This document shows, in pieces, positions 25,001 through 39,200 of a DNA stretch of 64,000 nucleotides (the stretch's first letter is position 1; every line of letters begins with the position of its first letter). The position numbers were made by a program, and so were the translations under genes. Source of the DNA: Phoronis australis (lineage: Eukaryota > Animalia > Phoronida); NCBI GenBank assembly GCA_002633005.1, contig NMRA01000489.1, positions 244,710 to 308,709 of the forward strand. The letters run 5' to 3'. The notes under the pieces were generated by a model, which saw nothing but the letters and a program-made list of their open reading frames with translations, had not been told where the DNA came from and searched no databases.

Positions 25001-28000
25001 GCATTCAGAATTGAGACATAATCCAGCACTGTTCCAACCTTATTCCTTTAGCAATGTACTACATACATACAGTAAAAGTACAACAACTAGACAAAATACT
25101 ATTTTACTGTCAAGTTGGTTCATTCCAGCTACTCTTTGATGGTGAATTCCACTTGCACTCAGGAAATTCCACGCCATTTTGTCTGATTATTTTTGGTTTG
25201 TACTATGTGAGGGCTTCATAAGGTCTTGGATCTCTCTCTGCTCTGTAGCCAACATAGAACGGATTAGTGTGAAATTTGTTATCATGAGAACCTGGGAGGC
25301 TACTTGACTAATCTTGATGGAGTCCTTCTGCATCTAAAAGATGGAGAACCCCACCTTTGCAAAACATGAAGGAAGGCATCTTTTGTAGACTGAGGTTTTA
25401 TTCCAGTGACGTCACTCTTTTGTTTCATTTGCTCTCAAAGTTTTCACTTTGTAGGGAATTGATCCTTTTGTTGAGATTCTGGCAGTGAAAAACCTATACC
25501 GGTATGAGCGATTGTGATGGACATCTGCAATCTGCAACACATAGAATCAATTAAAAAGACATAAGATTATCATTCTTACGGCCAAAAAATGTGTTTTTGG
25601 AATTATTGTTGGATGAGATAAGCTTTTTGAAGTTATAAGGTTTGACCAGAGATATAAAATAACAAAATGTGTTTTTGTGCTTCTAGAAATCCTCTATCTC
25701 GTGGTTGTCTACCTGACATTTGCTGAAATCAAATTCACCAGTTAAATGCGCCTGATGTACTCTTTATCATGTGAGATTTAGCTCAGCCAGAAGGGCATTT
25801 GTCTAAGGTTCCTGATTTGAATACACAACGGAGCTTTTCTCAGGAAATCACTTTTCTTGTTGATAATCTCAGTGTAAAAAGAATTCTCAATTATGGATAG
25901 CCAGGGTTTCATCCACACGCCAACAACACCTCAAGTCACACATGGCCATACATTTTCACAACATGAAGTTTTTCAAATACTCAAGTTATTTTCCAAAATT
26001 TAAGTTTTTGAGACACTTATGTTTGTTAAAAACCATTTCTCCAAATACTTAAGTTTTTCACACTTATTTTTTTCAGTGAAAAGGGATGCTCAACACCCAT
26101 CAAGTCTTTGGCCTTAGTGTTATTACTGGGCTGGACTGTGATGGTCATTTCACGTCCCAGTCCCTGGGGCATCACTTAGTAGTTAATTAGGCATTAACCT
26201 AAAATCAATTACCAATGTCTGCTGTTTTCTTCTCATGGTTGTACAACTTATATGGTGTGTTACACTGACTCACGTATGCTAAATTGGCCATAAGCAAAGT
26301 TCACACCACTATGTTCTTGAGGCTACCATCTAGTCAATTCAATAGTTCAGCAAGACACCTGTGCTTCACACACCTAATTAGTAATTAAAGTGCCTTTATA
26401 AATTGTCTCACTGACTTCCAAAACATGTTTCTGAATAGCATGTTTATAAATATATAATATACAATATATAATATACAATATGCTAACCTGTTTTGTGCTT
26501 TTAGATTTGTATGGGTGATACAATGCTTCCTGCACAAAAATGAATGCCTAAATTGGCCTTTTATATATTTCCGTATGAAAGTATTTATTTGCTCTATTTA
26601 CCTTTTTGTGAAAAAAGTGAAAAAACAAAATTTCACTTACCATAACTCTCCACTTATTTTCAACAATATATAATTGCCAAAATTATCATTCCATTTTTAT
26701 GCGCCCACATATTCATAAGTTTTTTTCATGGATAGGAGCGAACTTTCAGACTGATTCAACTACCCTTGCCTCCAAGTGGCAATTTTAGTTTTTTTACGTT
26801 TACCTCTGTATCTTCAAAGGTCCTCAATGGATTTTTATAACATTTGGCATATAGGCATCTATTAGTAAGCTGATGCTATCCTTCTGTTTTTAAGTTCGAT
26901 TCAAGGTATTTTGTGCCATCTAATGGCCAATTTTACTGTTTATTTGGTGTCTGTCCCTCTGTCTACCAAACCACGCTAAGGATGATTTTGGAAATTGGCA
27001 TTTATGTTCCTAATGTGAAGAGGACGGCTGACGATGATTTTCCGACGACCTCGACAACTGTAGCACCTCCTAGTGTCAGTTTTGTCTGCCCCTGTACCAA
27101 CCAAACCGTTCTAAGGATGATTTTGAAAATTGGCGTATTATGTTCTCAGTGTGAAGAGGATGGTGATGATGACAACTTCGACGACAGTGGCACATCCTAG
27201 TGGCATTTTTTTCTTTTGTTTTGTGCGCATAGCTGTATCTCCCAAACTCACTGCAGAATCTTTATTAAATTTAGTAACTGTATTTATTTGAAGTTAACAA
27301 CAGACGCCGATGACTTTCAGATGAATGTGACGGAACACTGTGTCCCCTAGTGGCAATTTCATTTTTTTTTCGTTTTCCTTTGTTTCTCTGAAGTTCCTCA
27401 ACAGATTTTTCTGAAATTTGTTAGATAGCTCTCAATAAAAGAAACAATGGCATGTTACCGATTTCGGGTGGATTTGATGTATTTTGTGCCATCTAGTGGC
27501 CATTTTATGATTCAAATCAACAATCCTAGAAGCACAGTTTGTGGTGCATTCGTGGGCACATTTCAACGCTCTGCGTTGCTCTTGTTCAAAGGCCAGTTAG
27601 TTTGCTACAAGTAATGAAAACTTTTTACCAAATGATGTTGTTTTATGTCATCTAAACAGTACAAATGGGACAAGTAATGGATTAATTTTTTATCTTTATC
27701 TTTTTGGAGAAATTCAACAAAATACAATTTTACTTGTTGGCCATATATTGTGTTCTAAATAAGTGAAGAATTGCCATGTATCTATCACAGACCTTAACAT
27801 GTTTTACTGGATGATCATTCACTGTCTGTGGACAACATGTTCAACCAAGGAACCACTAATATGTAGATTTATTGGATCAGTGGAACTCATACACCTTAAA
27901 GGATCCCAATTGTTCAAATTCAATGGATGGTTGATCAAATGAGAGGATTAGTGTTCACTAGGTAGGTTGCCTCAGGGCAGAGTTCATCAGCTGTCTCACA

Positions 28001-31000
28001 CTAGAAAAATCTAACCAAAATCATGAGTTCTCTTTAAAGGCCTTTTCATACTGATTTAACTCTGGTCTAAGCAGAGTGTTGATGTTAATGGAGAAGTTAA
28101 CTGAACCGTTCATACTGGCTTCAGTAGTTAACGAACATTGACGTAAACGGTAGGTGATGCTGTCGTTATCAAAGTGATTGCAAGGTAGTGCTGCACGCAA
28201 AGATTTTTTTAATGTGACAATTTGGGAACATTTACATGTGCTAATTGACATAAAACTTATTTTTAATTCCATTGGTGATTATTCGAGCAAAATATAAACA
28301 ACTATTTGCAACTACACTACCGACTACACTGACGATAACAGTGGCACCTGGCGATAACTTTGATGGGACAAAAGTTGACCGTTCATACTGCACTGTAGCA
28401 TTGACGCTGCGCTGTTATTGTTAACTAGAGTTGTTAACTTCAATCCAGGACCGAAGTTAAGTGCTCATATTAACCTCAAATCCCCAAACCATCGACGCGT
28501 CGACGTTAGTATGAAAGGCCCAAAAAATACAAGTACGAAATCTCGCAGTCTTGCCTTTGTTGCGTAGTGCTAGCTTTATTGAACTCTGCCCTGATGTTGG
28601 TCATGCATCTTTCACCTACTAGATGTTTAGTTGAGTTAATGAACTGTTGAACCATGCGGGTTCTTACATAATTTTTTGTTGGCAAATACCTCTCCCTCAG
28701 TATTTAATTTGCTCTAAATTGATCAGATTTCTTGATATGTTGTCTAGGCTTTTGAATTCTGATCCATTGTATAGCATTTGCCTTGTGGCATTTATCTAGT
28801 TTAGACTCTACAGATCACGCCCATTCGATACAATTTGTCATTTTCCGTGTGACTTTATTATTTACGTATAGAAGTTAAACTTGAGGCTTGTATGTTTGCC
28901 GCCAAATGGGACCTTCATCTTTTCTAACGAAATTTTAATGAACTGGAACTGTTTTTCAACAGCCTAAAACCATACAGGTGTATGAATTAATGAAGATCAG
29001 ATTTATCAGTTTCCTTCACTGTGACCATTCACCACTAATTTCGCTACATGCTGTATTCAAAAGTTCAATTGCCAAATTTTGAAGATTTTTAGACATACTA
29101 AAACTCGTTGACATTTTTTAAAACTTAGAGGAAATTCATTTCCACTAGGCAACACACTTTTTAACCAATGGTATCATGATGTTGTATTCAAAAGTTCAAT
29201 TGCCAAATTTTGAAGATTTTTAGACATACTAAAACTCGTTGACATTTTTTAAAACTTAAAGGAAATTCATTTCCACCAGGCAACACACTTTTTAACCAAT
29301 GGTATCATTCTTACCTTGAAACCCAGAACGATTGAACATTTTGGAAGCATCCTGCTTTCACTGCACTAAAACTCAGAACGAAGTTTGTACTTGTCAGCAA
29401 AAGTAAATGCTGCACTTCAACATCAAATACAGGCATTATGAAAATTTTCTGACATGTAAGCTCTGTTTGTTAATAGAGATCATGTGCTGCGTGACTGTCA
29501 TCGTAAATAATCAGTGAGCGACAAAGAGAACTATAGTTATTAGTTCAAAGTGTACGTAGACAATTTGAGATGCATTTTTAATGCAGCGAATGGGAGATGG
29601 GATGGAGACGATTGTCAAGATATTTGTGACTATCCACGCAGCCTTGGAGTTTCATGGGATTGCCTAAATGTTTCCATTGGCCCAAAATATGGTTAACCCG
29701 TGAAATTTGGCTCATGTAAATGCACATGATAATCACACGGAAATGAACAAACTTCATGTCGAATGAGCCTGCTACAGATAGCTTTCAGCTTGAAAGTTTG
29801 CTCTCATATTATTCAGGTGAAGGTCCTTCTCCCTGTCAAAGGTATGAGCCATTCTGAAAATGATAAGAAACATACAGCTCTTTAGTTTTTTGAAAGCATC
29901 TTTCACTGTAGTGACCAAATTTCTAATTATGTCATGCAGGATAGGCCATGTAGCGATAGGAATGAAGCATTTTTGTTTTTCAGTTGTGGCCACTTTGATC
30001 TGTTTGTCGTTTTCGTGTGAATGTTTGAATATCCCTCTGCACTTAACAGTGCCAATTTGACACCATAAATGGTTGAAGTAACTCATAAAACATTGGAAAA
30101 TATCATACTGCATTATATTCATTCAAGAATTCCCCTGTCCATCACATACCTTAATTGGTAAGTGGTATTTCATGTCGCTGCTTTTCCAGAAAATGAAATG
30201 CAGAAAAATTGATTCAAATACTGGAATTTGCTTACTTGAGTTAGCGACGCTGGATCTCTCTTTCACGGACTTCAGCTTGGCCGTGAGAGACGGACGCAAC
30301 ATCGCTAACTCAAGTAAGTAAATTCCAGTATTTGATTCAATTTTTCTGTTTTGATACCTCAACCTTATGTCTCAAAACTTCATGCTTTTATACCAGAAAA
30401 TGGTTATATATTAGAGCACTCCCTGTTTTGAGACCATTCCTTTTTTCACATGCTTTTTTAGTGAAAATCACAATTCGTTTTAATTGCCAACCCATTCTTT
30501 CAATGTTTGAACTCTTGTTGTTTAGTTCTTGTTTCTCTGAATTTTTTTTCTGGCTTGCATGCTTTGACTACTTTTGAAATGGCTTGTTGGAACTTAAAGA
30601 AGCATTTCAGTCTTGTTTATACAGCATTCACTTTAAATACTTTGAGTTCTTAACTAAAGAGTTTCAGCATTTCAGAACATTACTGTGTGTAAATAATCCT
30701 GAATTAGTGTCCAAACTGTGTTTCAAACTGAGTCAGGGCAACAGAATATCTGTCAAGCAATTTTCCCCATGTCATTTAACTCAGAGCCACTTCAGTATAT
30801 ACATAGGTAGTTACTGTTTCACGGGAACAAGACGTCACAACTCGGTAAATCAGTCAATTGACGTCATCAGTTTTACATGTGTATACTAGTTACTCAATGG
30901 AAATGGTCGTTATTGAGACTGACATATTTTTGAATGGTTTAATTCCCTGTGTACCATTTTCAAGTTTCAGGGTTGGCCCATCTTCCATAAAAACAACAAT

Positions 31001-34000
31001 TTTCAGATGCTTTTTTACCTCTTGAGGGTTTTGTGTTCTTGGAACTGAAAACAACCCAGTCATGGTAAGGAAATTTTTAGACCTATTTTACAAGAGCAAA
31101 AACCCAAATGCAAATACTGCTAAACAGGTCGAAATGCTGGTTTGATGAACACAATTCTGGCTGTATACCGTTCAAATTTCATCCGAGTTGTTGTTTTTCT
31201 CTCTTCGTTAATTCTGTTTTCAAATTGTCCAGATTCAAAAAGTCTGGCCTCTTTAAATTTGGCCTTAATAAGTCTGGCTTTGGAAAGGTTGCAATTTGAA
31301 ACGTCTGCCCATGGAGAGTCTGAAAAAGTCAACTGTGGAAACATGGCTTAGCCTGAAAATGTCTATCCTTGAATAGTCTGGCCTACTGTGTCGCATGCTA
31401 ATCACGGTGGTTCAAGAGCGTGGGTTTAACTCCTGCTTTGCATTGCTTTCAAGTAATTCTTATTACAAGATTCATTTAGTCACTAACTGTAGCTTAAATA
31501 AGTTGTTGTCTGGAAAAGCATGCTGTTTACCGGGTAGCAGACAACAGTGCCTAAGCATATAGGTTTCCTAGTCGATAATGTTTGGTTTTGTGGGAAGAGG
31601 ATGGCAAACACACCAAAGCTGGTATATTGTGACAGATTGTGATTAATAAGGAGCAAAAAAGCCTATAGATTAGGCTGAATTAGTGCCAGGATTGCCAACA
31701 TGTTGAAGTCCATGAAGAATAATGGACATTGCTAGTGACGCATCAGTTGTCTTGAATTGTTTTTACTAACTAATTATAAATTTTAAGTGCGTTTCAGTAA
31801 TAGTTTTGTTTAATTTCATTTTATCTCATTGAAAACTACCTTAAAATGCATATTTATTCAGATGTCTAAAATGTTTGTTTCTGTATGGTCTTGCCAAATA
31901 AGTGGTTTTTAATAAAATTTTTATATTTTGCTTGTAATATTGTTTGATTTTCACCTCATTACCTTGAGTCTTGATATTCTTTGTACAGATTTTAAAGCGG
32001 CTATAAAGCTTTTGTTACTTTAGTCACGCTAATTAAGACCACTTATGATGATGATTTAATAGATTTCAAATTGTAGGTAATAGTCAACATTACATTGTAA
32101 GTTATAGTCAACATTACAGTGTAGGTTATAGTCAACATTACATTGTAGGTTATAGTCAACATTGCACTGTAGGTTATAGTCAACATTGCACTGTAGGTTA
32201 TAGTCAACATTGCACTGTAGGTTATAGTCAACATTGCACTGTAGGTTATAGTCAACATTGCACTGTAGGTTATAATCAACATTGCACTGNNNNNNNNNNN
32301 NNNNNNNNNNNNNNNNNNNNNNNNNNNNNNNNNNNNNNNNNNNNNNNNNNNNNNNNNNNNNNNNNNNNNNNNNNNNNNNNNNNNNNNNNNNNNNNNNNNN
32401 NNNNNNNNNNNTGTAGGTTATAGTCAACATTGCACTGTAGGTTATAGTCAACATTGCACTGTAGGTTATAGTCAACATTGCACTGTAGGTTATAGTCAGT
32501 ACTACATTGTAGGTTTTAGTTAACATTACATAGATGTGATTAACTGAGCTTGGAGAGAACTGCAAGATCGTTTGTTATTGCTTGAGGCAAAGCACTGCAA
32601 GTTCGCATTTATTCGCATGGTATCTGGCAATAATAAACTGCCAGTTCCCATGCAAAAATAAAAATAACTTCTCATCTACATAAGGAACAACTTCAGACCA
32701 GTTTTATGCTTTTAGAGATGCTATGTTTCAACAAAACCGTGAATATTCAAATTTGTAGCAAGCGCCACCTAGTGACTTGCTGGAGCACTGTGTGTACAAG
32801 TATAATCTGGAAAAGAAACAATTTATAATTAAATTGCGGGTTTAAAAAACACCACAACTGATACGCTTAAAAACAAGTGTTGACACATAATAAACTTAAT
32901 AATTCCAAATATTACGCAATCTTTATTTGATAGTGAAATAAATTAATAAAATATGTGCCTTGTTACATTAGTGTATTGAAATATTACCATACTGATTTAC
33001 CTAAAAATAGTCTCACAAAACAAGACTTTCGCAAGATTGTAATGGTAACTGGTTCTCGGATGGTTTCTGGTACACCAGAAGACCCGGGGTTGTTTGTAAA
33101 CTAGTACTTTGTTTGCAGATTCACCATTTTCAGTAGTCTGTACATCAAAGTTCTTTCACCGAATACAGGTACTTCATAGCTATTTTATATGTCAATTTAA
33201 TTGTTTGTCTGCGCTCTGTACAAATAAGTGTGATTTCTAACATTTACCTCTGACTGTGGTAAACATTCTCAAATTTAGGGCAGTGAAAATTAACTTTTTT
33301 GCTCAATTTCTAAGCATGTGCCCAATTTTAGAATTTGAAATCAATATTAATTGTCTCAAATTCAAGAATTACCTTCAGCAACAGACAACAAGACTTCAAT
33401 ATAAAATGCACCATTCGATATTTGAGAAATAGGAAGAATACCAAAATTGCCCATGTCCCTAATCTTCAGAATCTAGAAAATTTAATTTCGTCTTGGATTC
33501 TGATGTCCCAAACTTAAATTTGGAGACTTCACAAACTGGAGAATGTCATCCAAATTTAAACACAGAAATGCGTGCAACTAAAGAATAGCTAGAGTAAAAA
33601 TTTAAAAGAAGTTTATGATAAATTAATCTTTCTCATGATTTTGCCCGGAAATTTTGAAACAAATGAATTGATGAAAATTTTCTTGAGGGATCATTGTGCT
33701 TAGTAGACTCACATCAGTCTGTGACAAATAGGCTAATTTCATTGACTTGAATAATCCTAATTGGCAAGATTAATCACGTTAAAAGTGCAACCTAATAAAT
33801 TCAAGCATAGATAATATTACGCTAGCTTTTTAGGCTTCACTTATTCAACATTCATCATTAAGCTTGCATAACTTTGCTAGGAACGTGGCACAGGTACTTA
33901 TTGTAGTGTATGAGCTATGTTGTTACATGCGAAAGGTCAATCGCAGGTTAGGTGAGAAACTTGAGTCATTGAGCTTGGTGAGAGAGCAAGCGTGTATTGA

Positions 34001-36238
34001 CTAGAGATCTTGTTTATGCTTCCACAGCAATGGTTACCAAGAGACAAGAGTTTTCAAGCTTGGAATTGAATGTTGAAATGAGGGACTGGCCGAACAAGGT
34101 CATGGAAGGTTTTTTATAAACAAGATTTCTGTTGTAATCCTAAGGTTTCTTTTTCAAGCTAATCAGACGATGGTTAGTAAAGGAGAAAGAAAATTCAAGC
34201 GTTGGAGATAAATATCAAATGAATGCGCTCCGAGGAGCAACACTTGGCGAAATTAACAGAAAAGACGACGATAGAGATGTTACAGAAAAGACGACGATAG
34301 AAATGATGACAAAAAGGACGAATATGACGATGATGATGGTGATGATGAACAATTCAAGTAATGATAACATTCACAAGACGAACAGAACATAAAGGCCAGA
34401 CATCAGTAAGTATAGGCTACAGTCTCGAACGCCACTTGCCGAAATTAACTGAAAAGACGACGACGGAGATGAAAGCCCATTCAAAACTCTATCTAAATTG
34501 TTGGTATCGCCTAATTCCGTAAATTTTTCGAAGAAATGAAATTTTGAGTTTTTTTAAGAATTTCAAAGTCAAGTAACTCGAAAACGGTAAGTCTGAGAAA
34601 AAAATTGTTACAGGTCAGTTGAATGAGTATACTTCAAAGAATCCACATGCAAAAAATCACTTCTTTTTCTCTTCCTGTTTAAAATGGCACTCCAGCACGA
34701 CTGAAAGTGGGTCAACATACGCCAGATCCGCCATCTTGAAAGCAACTTCCGTTTTTGTTGGCTCTGTATAATAGCTTGTCAAGATATGAAACTAATACCT
34801 GCAAAATTTTGAAGGAATTGGCCCGACAATGCGCCCTCTACAGAAGAAAACGTTTTTAGGCCAAAATCGAGGTGCGCATGCGCGATCACCGATATTTCCG
34901 CCATCTTTAAACGGAAGTAAACAATTTCTGGTATACATGTAGTGCACACCCGGTCCATTAGTTGTGATGATTTTCAGGTCTGTACGTAAAAAATTATAGC
35001 CTCCAGAAGCCTTTGAATCTTAAAATGAAAACAAAATGGCCACCACAGCCGCCATCTTGGATCCGATTGTGACGAAAAACAATAGGCTTCTAGTACTTCC
35101 GGAACTACGTGTTCTATGTAAATTTTGTGATGGTTGGATGAAAATTGCGACCTGTATCGTGCGAACAAACAAACAAAACAAAACAAACTTGATGGAAGAG
35201 CAACATACTTATTTCGCCAAGTAATAAGGTGACGTACTACTATTTAGCTGGACTTACAATGCTCGGTCAAATTTAGCAACACATAAAAGTTCTGATCTTA
35301 AGTATTGTTGCTGTTTAATTTATCAGAATGCTTCACTCAGCTCTCTGTCGGTGTAAAAGAAATCTTGCAAAACACAGAACAGATATCCTTGGTAATGTAT
35401 TTATGGATAGACCAGATGTCTATTATTTGCTATAAGTTATGCAAATTTTGAGAGTTGTAAATAATGAGTGTGACATTAGATGGCCAATTTGCTAACTGTA
35501 TTGATTGTTGATAGCCTATCAGGTTCTGATGAGATGTGTTGTCAGTCGGTCGTTTTCATCTGGTATTGGCTTCACGTGGGCTGGTGTGATGAATGTTGAA
35601 AACCGAATATGACTCTTATACTCGTATAACCACACAAAAATGAAGAGTCCTTTCACTAAACTCAAATGTTTGAAAGTGACTTGTACAACAGAGTAAATTG
35701 TCAGCCATTTCAGTCAAGTTTCAACTCAGGAGTGAAATGAAGGATTAAGGAATCAATTGAAGATTGTTGCCTTTATAGCAAGGTAGGAAATAACATAGGA
35801 AATATAAACAATGATGAGATGCACGTCTTAATTACATATTCTATTTACGCATTAGTTTCAATAGCTTAATGCAACTGATAAATATATCTAATGGAATTAA
35901 TGTTTGTAGATAGCCTGCTTTGTCCATTCAGGCTGAATGTGCATAGTCAAGTGATCTTAACCAACCAGGTGTATTTTGGTATTGTAGTCAACCGATATTT
36001 TTCTCATGTTTGGTGTTGTGCTGTTGATAATAATTTGCACAATTTTAATTAATCCTTTCTTTCTACATTTTCTTACATGTAAGTGACTTACTAAGACTTC
36101 ACTAATTACGATTTCTTTAGAAGGTGCTATTTTCTTTAAGTTTAATGAGTCTTTGTCTAAAGGCCAGTGTTTCCAGTTGCTCACTTTATTGTGATTTTTT
36201 CGCATCAAAAAAATGTAATGTAAAGGTGATTTTTAGGT

Positions 36239-36281
<43 letters not shown>

Positions 36282-39200
36282 TGTAAAAACTGTGTATGTA
36301 TGTATGTGTGTGCCTTATATGATGCCAATAAAATGGCATGAGCAAATTTTCCAACTCTCTGACTACTACTTTAATAATAGTATGAGCAAAGCTCCGGAAA
36401 TTGCTTTTGAATTATATCCAGGTTTACTCTTATGCATTCATTCACCCCTAAGACTGAGCTCAGAGGAGTAGGAGACACCTTTCACCTTTGTGCAATGCTC
36501 GATTGTCAGCCAGTAAAACCAGGATTTGAACCTAGGTCTCCCAAACAGGAGTCCGGAGCTCAAACCATTGAGCCACACTGACTACCGCTATGTCCTCAGG
36601 AGCAATTTTATATTCTTGTTTTTGCCTCTGCATCTTTGGAGTTTTTTTACCGTTTTTTATGAAATTCAGCAGATATGCATCTTTTAAGGAGATGATGTCA
36701 CCTTTTCTCATTTCTATCTCATAGGCAAGCCTAAACAAACACTGCCAGGGTGTTACTTGGTGTTGTAGGTGGACATTTACCACTTGCGGTATGGCCTGGG
36801 TCTAGATGTTCTGTTTTTTTCTTTCTCAAATGTTGGCAGCTATGCATATTTTACAATTCAGTCCACAAAAGCTCACACTATGTATGGTGCTTGTTAATTC
36901 AAGACTTAAATTCACAATACACACAAGTTACAGTTCAGCAATTCATGCTTTTGTCTTGATTGGTCTAGGGAGAGAATGCATAACTAATAGTGCTTCATCA
37001 AACCTTCATGATATGGCACTGACAGTCCTTGACGCATACTAATTATAATCACTTGAATGGATGAGACGATGTAGACCCTGAGCCTGGTCATACCACAAGT
37101 GGCAAATGTCCTACCTCAATTTCTACCAAAGTTGTGGCTGAAGGTTGGCATATGTGTTACTATTGTGGAGACCGTGGCTTGTCTTGATATTTGGAAACAT
37201 ATGATTGCTGTGTCGTGTAGGGTTTTCTTTTGGTATGCATCAATGTTTACTTGTTACATTATTTGATGTGATTTCATGAAACTTAACAAGTGTCTTCTTT
37301 ATTTTGAAGAAAGCCCCCTTGGTGTTGATTTATGGATAAATCTGATCAAGTAGTGTTTGTGGCACATCTTTGGCAACAGTGTCTTCCTTCCATGTCTGTG
37401 AAAGTTCTTTGATGGATCCAGTCTTCATGAAATTTGACTTAAATATGCGTTCCTTTATGTGGAAGGAGGGCACATTAGATCAAACTACCCTAGAACTATA
37501 GAAATGGGCAACCCTATCTTTACCATTTTTGATCATGGCTCACATCAATGCTAATCAGCATGATTCTGGTATATGCTGTTGCATTGTTTTGGTTTTCAGT
37601 GCATTTCACAATAAATGCTTTAGGAGATATAAGTTAGGTGTGAAGAGTTGGTTGATACAGTACATGGCTAGAATTAAATCAGACAAATACTGTTTCCCCA
37701 TCATGACGGGTATTCTGTTAAGAGCAGAGCTCTGCTGATTACTGGCAATGATGCACTATTCCGGCCTCTAAATTCTACTGACTTGCAGAATGGTTGAGCC
37801 CAGCTCAATAATTCCCATTCATTCTTGGTCACCAGGGATTCAGCCTACTCGATGAATTCTGGCTCGTCTTGTCTAAATGCTTTTGGCACGTACTGTAGTT
37901 TGCAGAAGCAAATGTGAAACCAACAGCACCGCAGGGAAGATACCATCTGCAAATTATATAGTTCTTTTTCCTAAAATGCCTAGGGGGCCACTCACTGATT
38001 TTGATTTATGGATTACTTTATGCTTTATATTTTCAGTATGATGAAACAAGTCGAGAGCCATCTAAGCAGGAAGTGATAGACATAGTGTGGACTATGGTTG
38101 GCAATGAAAGCCAAGAAGCTGTCTTGAATTTTGGTTATGGAAACTCTTCAGACTGTTTTCACTGGCAGCAGGCACAGCACATTGTATTCCAACTCGCCAA
38201 TGTTGTGTTCATGATATCATTCCTTGCACCCAGTACATTTGCCTACCACATTCTGTTTCTGCGTGGTGTATCTTCCATTGGTTGTCTGATGATTGTCTTC
38301 TGGTCAACCATAGTCACGTGTCTTCCAGACTACTTGGGCTGGAATGTAGCATTCCTTGCTGTTAACATGGCGCACATCTGTTACCACCTTTGTACAGCGT
38401 ATCCAACCAGGTTTGAGCCAGAGATTGAAGACTTGTATAGAAGACTATTCAAGCCATTCGAGATGCCACGACTGACATTCTGTGAACTGTTGGAGCAAGG
38501 TGAAATCCACCAGATGGCCTCAGGTGATGTGTACGCTTCAGAGGAGGAATCGCCTTGTAGCGAGTCTTTGTCACTGCTGATATGTGGCAGGTATACGTAT
38601 GGCAAATAATGTCTGTCTTACAGTGTTTCTTTGGATTACAAAGGAGTTAGTGATGATAATCATCTAAGGCTAATGAAAGAACTGTTCCGGCGCGGAGTCA
38701 TAATGGGCCCTGCATGGCTTCGCCCCTCCCTACAGGGAATATCTATATGGGAAAGCTTCCTGCGGAAAATGTTTTAAATTTTTATGTCTGAATGATACAT
38801 TCTGTAGGCTATGAATGAGCACAGACAACAGATTGTTGATTGTTATATTCACTGATGGTATGAATATTGATATCGACATATCATTTAACAAATGATTGAA
38901 ACTATCAGCTTTTTTATGTTATAGTTCTTATCACTTGTTACATGATACAGTAAATATTCATATTATTTACAACTAGTTTTTTTATGTTAATGTTGGTTAT
39001 TAATTTTCATGTGCCCACAAAAAATTTTGTTGTTGCATGTAGACAGCATTTTGTCGCTCTGTCCATTTGTCAGTACCTTATTTGCTTTTCCATTGGTCAG
39101 TGTGACAGATCATCATGAAATTTCAGGTACATTAGGTTACATGGTGGTTGTGTGTTGACACCAGTTGTTTTTTGTAATGATTTGACTATGGTGGCACCCT

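Noticed and set aside
29772-30122. 116-aa minus-strand ORF as a nested gene or transposase
   Set aside because: No motif I can recognise. It may be decayed TE sequence, but this is unsupported without a search.
32290-32411. Run of 122 N
   Set aside because: Assembly gap inside a minisatellite, not a biological feature.
36510-36586. tRNA gene (also 59080-59153)
   Set aside because: A and B boxes are present but there is no convincing acceptor stem, and both continue into a shared non-tRNA body, so they are SINE heads.
38001-38036. N-terminus of the 202-aa track ORF (MIYGLLYALYFQ)
   Set aside because: It starts at TTG within the intron's pyrimidine tract. The exon begins after the AG at 38036.
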